From positions 1,302,001 to 1,366,000 of the forward strand of contig CP154954.1 in the NCBI GenBank assembly GCA_039621445.1: a stretch of 64,000 nucleotides of DNA. Direction: 5' to 3'. This stretch comes from Euglena gracilis. Lineage: Eukaryota. Made by a program: the position numbers and the translations under genes. Shown here piece after piece: positions 54,079 through 64,000 of the stretch. The first letter of the stretch is position 1. Every line of letters starts with the position of its first letter. The notes below the pieces were generated by a model. It was not told the origin of the DNA, did no database searches, and saw only the letters and a list, made by a program, of their open reading frames with translations.

Positions 54079-55526
54079 TTATTTATTAATACGTGGAGAT
54101 TCACGGAAAAAAATAGCAAAAAAAATAACGCCTAAAGTACCTATCAATAGTTAAGTAAGGAAACCCTCCTAAAAGAACTTTACAAGTATTATACTATTAC
54201 ACAAAGCTCAAATATAAATTTTTAAAATAAAATAATATTAACAACTATTCTAGTAGTTAAAATCCTCATATATTTTAAATATATATAATACGTTTTATAA
54301 ACTTCAAAAATATTTATGAAAATTAAAAATTATATAAAACTCAATGTAAAAAAAAAGACTAAAAATAAAAAATAATTGTCACCAAACTATGCTTGATATG
54401 TATATCACAAAGCTTTATAAATACACTAGAAATTTCTAAAAAAATAAAATTAATATAATTCGTATTGAAGAAAAATTACATATTTAAACAATTATAATTG
54501 ATTTCGTTGAAAAAAATGAAAAAAACACTAATAAAGATTAAGTAATTACAGTAAAATAAAATTATACTAAAAGACCTAACAGAACTGCATTAAAAAGGAA
54601 AACGACTACAGTAAAAAAATAATTTACAAAAAATACAAATTTTTCATAAATTTTATTGAAACTTCAAAATTTCAAAACATATCAATATTATCAACAAAAA
54701 AAAGCAATAAAATAATATTTACAACAAAAAATAATCAATCCAAAAAAAATCATCCTTAATTAAAATAAAAACAGTAAAATCAAATATAAGGTAAAAAAAA
54801 TTCCCTAAAGAACCGGACAAGCTAATTCCTAAGCATCTGGCTCACCCAAAAAACTAAAATCATCAAAAGAATAAAGATAAAAAATCTTTACCCGCCTGAA
54901 ATGATATCGTGGACAATCCAAGATTAATAAAAAATTATCGATCAATTAAAATAACCATAAAAGTAATTATATGATACCTTTAATAAAAATTATATTTTTC
55001 AGAAATCGTTTCTATCCCAAATCATCTTAATAAAAATTAATTCAAAAATAAAAGAATTAAATGTAATTACAATTTCCTCGACAAAAAGATATAACAACCG
55101 TGTAAAAGAACAAAAAAAAAAAAGCACTTAAAAATAATTATTACATTAAAATATCGAAATTAAAAATTACAAAATAGTAAAAATTTCCTTTTCTACTAAA
55201 TTAAAATAAAAAAAATACGAAAAAATCAAATCAAAATAATAAAATATAAATTCACTACCAAACTATAAAATCTATAAAATTAGTTTTAATTGCTTAAAGT
55301 ATAAAAACTCCATAAATTAAGTAAAGTAATATGCAAAAATACAAAATTAAAACATATAATCTTGTTTTGTCCTAGGTAAACCGCACAAAAATATACCCCA
55401 CAAAAAATTTAATAAAGGCGTTTATGAAAAGTCTTAATCCACCCTTTTATTAATTTAAATTTAATTACCTAAAGTAAAAAGAATACAACTTCGTAGCACA
55501 CAGAATGTATAAACTAAAGCTTCCAT
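54079..55526 (-). CDS. psbT: Photosystem II protein T
   Basis: Same as other copies. Confidence 0.93.
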
Positions 55527-55590
55527 AAAAATAAAAAATTTTCACAACTTTGCACATTTCCTAAAACACAATTTACTAATTAAATAATAA

Positions 55591-58500
55591 TTAAACTAAT
55601 TCTTTCTTAGTTGTATCATCACCTAATTTTTCAAAAGTACCAAATTCAATCTCTTCCTCCAAATCAGGGTCAATACCAGCAAGCAAATATTTAAATAAAG
55701 TTCTTGCCCCATGCCAAATATGCCCAAAAAAGAAAATTAAAGCAAAAGACAAATGACCAAAAGTAAACCAGCCTCTTGGACTACTTCTAAAAACACCATC
55801 AGACTGTAAAATAGAACGATTAAAGTCAAAAATTTCTCCAAGCTGAGCACGTCGTGCATATCTTTTCACAGTAGCAGGATCATTAAAACTTAAAGTATCG
55901 AAACTACCACCGAAGAAACGAACAGTAACGCCTACTTGTTCAATACTATATTTAGACTCAGCACGACGAAACGGAATATCGGCACGAACAACACCATTTT
56001 GATCTAATAATATTACTGGAAACGTTTCAAAAAAAGTAGGCATACGACGAACAAACAATGAATTACCTTCCTTATCAATAAATACTGCATGACCTAACCA
56101 TGCAGTCGCTATACCATCACCATTATTCATAGGACCAGAACGAAATAATCCACCTTTTGCTGGATTATTCCCAATATAATCATAAAAAGCTAACTTAGGC
56201 GAAATAGCACCCCAAGCTTCTGACAAAGAACAACCATCAGATAAACTAGCTTGAACACGTCTTTCTATTTCTTCCTGAAAATAACCTTTATCCCATTGGT
56301 ATCGAGTAGGACCAAATAGCTCAATAGGTGTAGAAGCAGAACCGTACCACATAGTGCCTGAAACAACAAATGCAGACCAAAAAACCGCAGCTATACTACT
56401 AGAAAGAACAGTTTCAATATTCCCCATACGTAAAAGTACAAACAAGCGTTGAGAAGGGCGAACTAAAACATGAAATCCACCAGCAATAAGTCCTAAAAGA
56501 CCTGCAGCAATATGATGCCTTGATAGAAAATAAATTATTATATTTCCTCAAAAAAACCGTGCATGCAAAATAAAAAAACACACGGCTTTAATTAATAATA
56601 AAATTATTAATCAATTTTTCCTAATACTAAATTTAGGACAAATTTTAAAGATTTAAAAATACCTAAACAAATAAGTTATTTTTAAATCTTTAACTCAACT
56701 TTTTTTACAAAATATTCGTAAATACTAAACTTAGGAAAAAATTTCGAATCAAAGTGTAAAAAAAAATTTTGGAAAAAAATACAATTAATTAGTTATTATT
56801 TTCATACACAAAAAATAAAAATTACAATAACAAAATAAAATAAAATAAATTTTATGCTTCTTTAACAGCCAAACTCTCACAAAACTGTAAAAAAAGTTTT
56901 TATCAAGAATATTAATAAACTGCAAATATTATTGCAAAAAATATAACTAACCTAAAACAAAAATGGCTATTTAGTAAAAAAATCTACCTGGCTTTTTATT
57001 ACTAAAAATTAAAAATTGAATAAAAGGTATTAAAGTAAGAAAAAGTTAAAAACTTTTAACTCATAAGTATGAACTTTTACAACTCGCAAAGAAGCAATTC
57101 CACCTACATTATACGGATCAAAACCTTCAGCACCCCAAGAAGGAATAACAGGTTCAATTTGCAAGAATAGATTAAAAATCTTTCATCCGAAATTAAATAT
57201 GAAATTTTTAAATCATTTAACTACTCACTTATAAAGTACTTGTATTTTAACAAATACTTATATATCAAAATATAATTTTGATACTTTTATAAGTGTGATT
57301 TAAGTCAATAAAAATTAATAAAAAATTTTTCCGTTTAAATCATCCCCTCTAAAAAAGTTAAAAATAGACATATCAAAAAATGTCAAAGATAGAAACTAAA
57401 TTATTTCGTTGCTTTTTGTTGCTAAATGAAATTCTTGAGGACACACTTATCCACAATTTTGCTAAAAAATTAATCTTATTAGAAGAAAAATTAAAAATTA
57501 TACAAAATTTAATTAGAAAATATATAACTATGGCATAGCCAATATTTAGATTATCTATCCAAAAATCGTTAATTTTTTACAGTTAAAAAATTAAATAAGT
57601 TATCGTTCTTATTGATAACGCAATAATTTCAATAAAATAAAAGGTTTTTCACCTAATTGAACAAAAATTTCATAAAAAATCTCTTAACGATATAAAATTA
57701 TTAAAAGAACATTAAAAACGAATCGCACTCCCACTTAAACCATAAGGATCAGAAACCCAAATACCAGGACCAAAAACACCCGTAACATGGAAAACTCCAA
57801 AAGCTAAACATAATGCTCCAGACAAGAATAAATGAACTCCAAATACTCTAGGTAAATCTAACTTTAACTCACCACTAGCTGGATCACGAAATAAATCAAG
57901 GTCCCAATAAACCCAATGCCAAATAGCAGCTAAAAATAAAAGACCCGATAAAATTATATGTGCTACCGCTACACCTTCGTAACTCCAAATTCCTGGATCC
58001 GAAAAAGATTCCCCTGTAACACTCCAAGCACCCCAAGATTTTGTTACCCCTAAACGTGTCATAAAAGGAAGAACAAACATTCCTTGGCGCCACATAGGAT
58101 TTAGCGCAACATCAGAAGGATCAAAAATAGCAAGTTCATATAAGGCCATAGATCCAGCCCATCCTGAAACTAATGCAGTATGCATTAAATGAACAGAAAT
58201 CAAACGACCTGGATCATTAAGAACAACAGTATGTAAAACAAATATTTTTAAAAATTTTATTAAAAAATCAAAAAATAAACTATAAGGAAATTTTTAAAAC
58301 TATAAATATCATTTATAAGTAAAAAACTAAAAATCACAACACGATACCAAGGCAGGTAAAATCAACTTTAATAATTAAAAAGTTTTTTATCCGAAACCGT
58401 ACTTGTTAATTCAATAACATACGGCTACTCAATTATATAATCTTAAAAGATTAGAAAACGCAAAAAATACTTAAAATAACTTAGATATAATTCTGATTAA

Positions 58501-58863
58501 AAAATCATCCTTATAAAATTTAATATATATTTTTCGTTTTTTTTATCCGCTTTATTATTCTTTTAATGAAATGATCATTCATTTATTAATAACAAAAATA
58601 AATTAGAGGAATAAATAAATTATTTTTTAATAAAACATGGAAACAAATAACAAAAACTACAAAATGATCGTATAAACATTTCCTACTAAAGTTCCAAATT
58701 ATTTTTCTTTATAAACATAAGAAAATTTAAAGATAAAAAAATTCTTTCGATAATAAAAACTAAACTACTAAAATATCGGAAAATTAAGAGTAAAAATTTA
58801 ATTTACATGGACAAAAAATTTTTTTAAAAATAAGATCCAAATTTTACGAATCGCACATCCCAT
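55591..58863 (-). CDS. psbB: CP47, complete; 5 exons (~58857-58863, 58340-58354, 57728-58235, 57089-57159, 55591-56519); second intron is ~104 nt, group III size
   Basis: [30 protein letters not shown]... Confidence 0.96.
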
Positions 58864-58923
58864 AGTATATTAAAAATATCATAAAAATTAAAAATTAACT
58901 TTCTATAAAGACAAAAAGTTAAA

Positions 58924-58996
58924 AGCGGGTAACGTGATTCGAACACGCGACATTGGACTTGGAAGGACCACGCTCTACCAACTGAGCTATACCCGC
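58924..58996 (-). tRNA. trnG: tRNA-Gly (UCC)
   Basis: GCGGGTA...TTCCAA anticodon loop...GTTCGAAT. Confidence 0.95.
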
Positions 58997-59002
58997 ATAA
59001 AT

Positions 59003-59075
59003 TACCCCCAGGGGAATTCGAATCCCCGTTGCCTCCGTGAAAGGGAGATGTCCTAGGCCTCTAGACGATGGGGGC
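59003..59075 (-). tRNA. trnE: tRNA-Glu (UUC)
   Basis: GCCCCCATCGTCTAG...TTTCAC...ATTCGAAT. Confidence 0.95.
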
Positions 59076-59102
59076 AAATTTAAGATAAAGAAAAAAAATA
59101 AA

Positions 59103-59175
59103 CGCGCTCTGTAGGATTCGAACCTACTACATCAGGTTTTGGAGACCTACGTTCTACCAATTGAACTAAAAGCGC
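59103..59175 (-). tRNA. trnW: tRNA-Trp (CCA)
   Basis: Cloverleaf, anticodon loop CTCCAAA. Confidence 0.95.
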
Positions 59176-59179
59176 AGTT

Positions 59180-59251
59180 TGGCTCAGACAAGATTTGAAC
59201 CTGTGACCAAGGGCTTATGAATCCCCTGCTCTACCTCTGAGCTACTGAGCC
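59180..59251 (-). tRNA. trnM: tRNA with CAU anticodon (elongator Met by convention)
   Basis: Cloverleaf, loop TTCATAA. Confidence 0.88.
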
Positions 59252-59266
59252 TAAAAATTAATAGAT

Positions 59267-59339
59267 GGTGAATGACGGGGATCGAACCCGCGAATGAAGG
59301 AGTCACAGTCCTTTGCCTTACCACTTGGCTACACCCACC
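59267..59339 (-). tRNA. trnH: tRNA-His (GUG)
   Basis: Cloverleaf, loop CTGTGAC, encoded G-1. Confidence 0.95.
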
Positions 59340-59403
59340 TATAAAAAATATAATAAAAATTTATTATAACTCGAAAACTGTCTGATTAAATATAAAAATA
59401 TTT

Positions 59404-59485
59404 TGAGTCGTGCTGGATTCGAACCAGCGAAAGATGAACTAGCGGATTTACAATCCGCCCCCATTAACCACTCGGGCAACAACTC
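59404..59485 (-). tRNA. trnY: tRNA-Tyr (GUA)
   Basis: Cloverleaf with long variable arm, loop TTGTAAA. Confidence 0.95.
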
Positions 59486-59561
59486 GCAATTAGATGTTAA
59501 ACAACAAAAACAATTAACATAGAAAAAGTTATTTAAGATCAAAAAAAATATAGATAAAACT

Positions 59562-60179
59562 ATGTCAAGATATAGAGGACCACGATTGCGAATAGTTCGT
59601 AGAATAGGAAAACTTCCAAGTCTTACAAATAAAACATCAAAGAAAAGAAAATCCCCAGGGCAACCAGCAACATCCTTTAAAAGGAAAAAAAAAATATCAA
59701 AATATAACATAAGATTAAAAGAAAAACAAAAACTGCGATTTAACTACGGAATAACCGAAAGACAACTTCTAAATTATGTAAAAAAATCTAGGAAAAAAAA
59801 AGGATCATCCGGAAGATTTTTGCTAACTTTTTTGGAAATGAGATTAGATAATATTGTACATCGAATAGGTTTTGCACCTACAATAATGGCTGCAAAACAA
59901 CTAATAAATCATGGTCACATTTGTGTAGATGACAAAGTTATCAATATACCTAGTTTTATTTGCCAACCAAAAAGTATTATAAAACCTAAAAAAAGTACTG
60001 TATCAGAAAATGTCATACAAAAAAACATAGAATCTAAAGAATTACTATTAATACCACCACATTTATCTCTTAACAAAAAAAACTTAGAAGCAAAAATTAT
60101 TGGTTTAATCAATAGAAAAGCGATATCGTTAATAGTTAATGAACTTTTAGTAATCGAATTCTATTCACGCAAGGTCTAA
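59562..60179 (+). CDS. rps4: 30S ribosomal protein S4
   Basis: MSRYRGPRLR...LEMRLDNIV...EFYSR. Confidence 0.98.
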   Translation: MSRYRGPRLRIVRRIGKLPSLTNKTSKKRKSPGQPATSFKRKKKISKYNIRLKEKQKLRFNYGITERQLLNYVKKSRKKKGSSGRFLLTFLEMRLDNIVHRIGFAPTIMAAKQLINHGHICVDDKVINIPSFICQPKSIIKPKKSTVSENVIQKNIESKELLLIPPHLSLNKKNLEAKIIGLINRKAISLIVNELLVIEFYSRKV

Positions 60180-60252
60180 TTATAAATTAATTTATAGGGA
60201 AAATTGTGAATAATATAAAAAATGAAATAAATATTAAAAACTCAAGGAAATC

Positions 60253-60899
60253 ATGCTTTTTGCAAATTTTGTTCTTAAAAAAAAATATTTATTTATAAAA
60301 AAATAAAAAAAAAAAAAAAAAAAATAATCAAAATAACAAAAAAAAAATTTCCAAAAGGAATTGTCCATATTATGGGATTAAACTTACATGCAATCAAAAA
60401 TTAATAGTATATAATGTAATATAAAGTTATTATAATTTTTATCTTTAAAAAAAAGCATTTAAAAATCAATATCTTAAAAAAACAACTTATAATAATGAAG
60501 CGATTTAATATTAAAAAAATTATACAAAAAATCATCACAATAAAACTAAAAAAAATTTTCCTTTATATTAAATAATAGAAAATACATCTAATTAAATTCT
60601 TAGTTTCGGTAAGTGATCCAAAAGGAAATGTAATCGCTTGGTCATCTTCAGGAGCATGCGGTTTTAAAAGCTCGAAAAAGGCTACACCGTTAGCTACAAA
60701 GACAACTACTGCAATTGCCGTTAAGAAAGCTATAGAACAAGGACTTCAAAAAGTTGAGATAAACATTAGTGGACCTGGAACCGGACGAGAAACAGCTTTA
60801 AAATGCGTACAAAGTTTAGGTCTACGCATAAGTTGCATAAGAGATGTCACTCCCTTACCACATAATGGATGTCGACCTAGCAAGAGACGTAGAATATAA
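60253..60899 (+). CDS. rps11: 30S ribosomal protein S11 with ~2 short group III-size introns; 5' exon sequence looks low quality
   Basis: KGIVHI...SDPKGNVIAWSSSGACGFK...RDVTPLPHNGCRPSKRRRI*. Confidence 0.9.
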
Positions 60900-60970
60900 A
60901 ATAACAAAATTTATTTAACACGTTTTAAAATAAATAAAAAACAATATTAACATTTATTAATATTGATAAA

Positions 60971-61054
60971 GCAGGCATGGCGGAATTTGGTAGACGCGCA
61001 GGATTTAGGTTCCTGTGTCTTTATGATGTGAGAGTTCGAGTCTCTCTGCCTGTA
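60971..61054 (+). tRNA. trnL: tRNA-Leu (UAG)
   Basis: Cloverleaf, long variable arm, loop TTTAGGT. Confidence 0.95.
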
Positions 61055-61099
61055 TTAAAAATTAAATGATCATAAAAAATAACGAAATTACTAATCAAT

Positions 61100-61173
61100 C
61101 GGGCAAGAAGGGATTCGAACCCCTGACTCCGTAGTTCGTAGCCACGTGCTCTAGTCCACTGAGCTACAAGCCC
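61100..61173 (-). tRNA. trnR: tRNA-Arg (ACG)
   Basis: Loop CTACGAA. Confidence 0.95.
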
Positions 61174-61176
61174 TTA

Positions 61177-61248
61177 CTCCTTAAGTAGGATTCGAACCTA
61201 CGACCGATCGGTTAACAGCCGATTGCTCTACCACTGAGCTATTAAGGA
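61177..61248 (-). tRNA. trnN: tRNA-Asn (GUU)
   Basis: Loop CTGTTAA. Confidence 0.95.
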
Positions 61249-61264
61249 TAAAGTAAATAACCTT

Positions 61265-61337
61265 TGAGGGCAAACGGATTCGAACCGCTGACATTCTGCT
61301 TGTAAGGCAGACGCTCTACCAACTGAGCTATACCCCC
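61265..61337 (-). tRNA. trnV: tRNA-Val (UAC)
   Basis: Loop CTTACAA. Confidence 0.95.
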
Positions 61338-61367
61338 AGTTACTCAAATTATAGTAAATTTTGCTAA

Positions 61368-64000
61368 TTAATTTTTAAAACCAGTACCTGCGGGAATAAT
61401 ATTTCCTAAAACTAAATTTTCTTTTAACCCAGATAACCAATCAGCTCTTCCTTGTAAAGCAGCTTTTGTTAAAACTCTAGTAGTTTCTTGAAAACTCGCT
61501 TGAGCTATAAAACTTTGACTAGATAGAGAAAAACGAGTCAATCCCATAATTATAGGCTCATAAACAATACTATTTACTAGTCTTTTATTTAATACCTCTA
61601 CTAAATTAAGATCTAAAAAATCCCCTACCATAAAGCTAGAATCACCTGGATTAGTAACAATCACTTTTGACGTTATTTGTTTAACAATAAGTTCAATATG
61701 TTTATCCGCTATTTTGACACCCTGAGATTTATAAACAGTCTGAACACCATCTATTAAATATTTTTGTATTACCTCAAAACTTTTTCGCGCAGCTACAAGA
61801 TTCTCATAATCATCTAAAAAAGTAAAAAAAGACTCCGTCAATATATCATGAGGGTTATTTATTATTTCTTTTAACGAAGAAGTCATTCGAGCTTCTAACA
61901 ATTTTTCTACTTTAGGCAATCCTTGAACTATATCATAAGTTTTTTCTCGGACAAAATTAACGCGATATAATAATTGGTTCTTTCTTATAAAAGGTTTATC
62001 TTCTATTCTCATCAATGTATCATCATTAGTCGAAAAAGGCATTACTTTTCGAAAAATCGAAAACTCTTTTCTTTCTTGTATTATTTGAGAAGAATGAAGA
62101 AGCTTAAAATTACTAATTATTTGACCCGTTTTAAGAAAACATCCAATTTTAAAATTACCAAAAATACGCTTTTGTTTTTTAAGATTTCGAAGCATTATAA
62201 CCTTATCTTGATCAAGTATACATGTAATAATATGTGAACTTCTTTTTTTTAAAACTTTCGATTTATCAACTAAACTATTAACGTTCCTAATGTTAATAAA
62301 TAATTTACCAAATTTACGAGGAAAAAGTTCTTTCTTCCTGTTAACAAATAATTCTTTTTTATGAACATTTGTAGTAGGACAAATTAATTTATTTTTAAAA
62401 GAAAATTTCTTTGTCAAATGAAAAAATAAAGAAGTAAAACTCATAATAATAGAACTTATTATCCAAAATATTTTTCCAAATTGCTTCGAATTAATTTGAG
62501 GGAAAAAGATTTGACCAGAAATTTTTGCCTTAACATCTCGAATTTCCTCAATACCAAAAACGTCATTTTTCAAGTTAGAATTTACAGATTCTCCTATTAT
62601 TTGCTTATCAAATATTTTTCTTCCTGGCTTAACATATAAAAGCGTACTAGAAGGTAAAAACATAATAGATTTACTAACGTCATTTTCGTAAATCACAATT
62701 TTTTTTTCTTGCAAAGTTAAAAAAGCTTTTTCCTTAAATTTATTATAAACTCTTCTTAACCCTGTAGTTAAAGTTGACCTATAAAAATCACTTTTACGAA
62801 GTCATACTTGATATATTATATCATACGACTACTCAATTATAATTGTGATTAATTTAATGGCTAATACTTCATATTTATTTTATAATTGCGATCTATAAAT
62901 TTAAATACTAATAATAAACATCCCCTAACCCCAAACTAATTTTAATCGTTCCTTCTATTTTAAAACATCGTTTTTTAGAACATGTTTTATCAAATAAAGT
63001 TTAAAATTATAAATTTTATTAGAAAAACCATTTATTCTCACTCTATTTACTAAAAAAATACGTAACAAAATATAAACAACATTTTGTTTATCTATTCTGC
63101 AAAATTGATTTCAATTATAAAAAAATAAACTTACAATATAAATCAATTTAAAAAACTTTAAGTTACTATCTATAACAAGTAATAAATATAAAAATTGTAA
63201 TACAATAACAAAGACAATTAGTCTAAAATAGAAAGTTTAATTCTGCCATTAAATATTGTAAAATTAAAAACGATACACACTTCAAATCGTACCATATTTT
63301 TCCATTTAAAGGAGATGTTATAACTTCTTTTGCCTTTGCAGAAAAAACACCACCCGTATGAAAAGTTCGCATTGTTAATTGCGTACCAGGCTCACCTATT
63401 GATTGAGCAGCTAAAATTCCTACACATTCACCAAGTTCTACCATTTTGCCACAGGCTAAATTCCAACCATAGCATATTTGGCATATGCCTTCCATTAATA
63501 CACAATTAAAAGGTGTACGAATATAAACCTCGGGAAAATTAATAATTTTTTTAAACGTATAGACTGAAAGTTAATATTTAATAAAAATATTTCTCATTCG
63601 AAACCGAGCATGAAAATTCTTTTTCACTCGGCTACCTAAAAATCATAAACTTTTTATGATATTTAAGAAATATATCAGCATATGCCGGTGATTACACCTA
63701 CTACTTTTCATAGAGTATTTTAAACGTTTTTATAACATCGTTCAGACCTTTTGCTTCATATTCCATCCTTATAAATAAAAATTCAATTCGTTTATACCAT
63801 AACTACTATACATAAAAGGTATGTTTTAAAATGGCTCCTAATATAACTCCCCCTTAATTTTCAATAACAAAGTGTAATAAAATATTATAAAAAAAGTTGA
63901 AGCTTTTTAGTTTCTTAATTTTCTGTAAACCATATAAAATTACTATTTCAAATACTTTTAATACTTTGAAATTTTAATCCTGTTTTTTTATTCTAATAAA
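61368..64000 (-). CDS. rpoC2: RNA polymerase beta'' subunit, 3' part (exons ~63281-63557 and 61368-62776; 5' end beyond window)
   Basis: [47 protein letters not shown]...[17 protein letters not shown]. Confidence 0.96.

Noticed and set aside
60290-60350. Poly-A tract and apparent stop in the rps11 5' region
   Set aside because: Probably a homopolymer consensus error in a Lys-rich exon; single copy, cannot be validated.

Overview
This is AT-rich euglenoid plastid DNA, almost certainly Euglena gracilis, with many group II/III introns. Genes seen: rpoC2 (partial), trnV/N/R/L, rps11, rps4, trnY-H-M-W-E-G, psbB, psbT, psbH, psbN, petB, atpB, atpE and partial rbcL. One genomic stretch is read four times in alternating orientation, folding back at ~13.1 kb, ~34.7 kb and ~46.38 kb. 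Sequence at two of these folds is degraded, so the zig-zag is most likely a chimeric-read or assembly artefact. The main biological signal is the ~5.8 kb atpE-rbcL spacer (4990-10800, mirrored at ~17330-23140). By manual translation it is a cluster of decayed geminivirus/CRESS-plasmid-type rolling-circle Rep (HUH endonuclease) genes. It holds a 407-codon Rep with motifs I/II/GRS/III, an oligomerisation domain and an eroded SF3 helicase, broken by one TAG. It also holds an upstream helicase-less paralog, two further N-terminal Rep fragments in divergent orientation, and a 576-aa ORF flanked by conserved hairpin direct repeats, plus iteron-like repeats and nonanucleotide-like hairpins. This looks like an integrated rolling-circle plasmid, virus or HUH-transposon relic in a secondary plastid genome. 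Protein family calls are from motif recognition by eye, not database searches.
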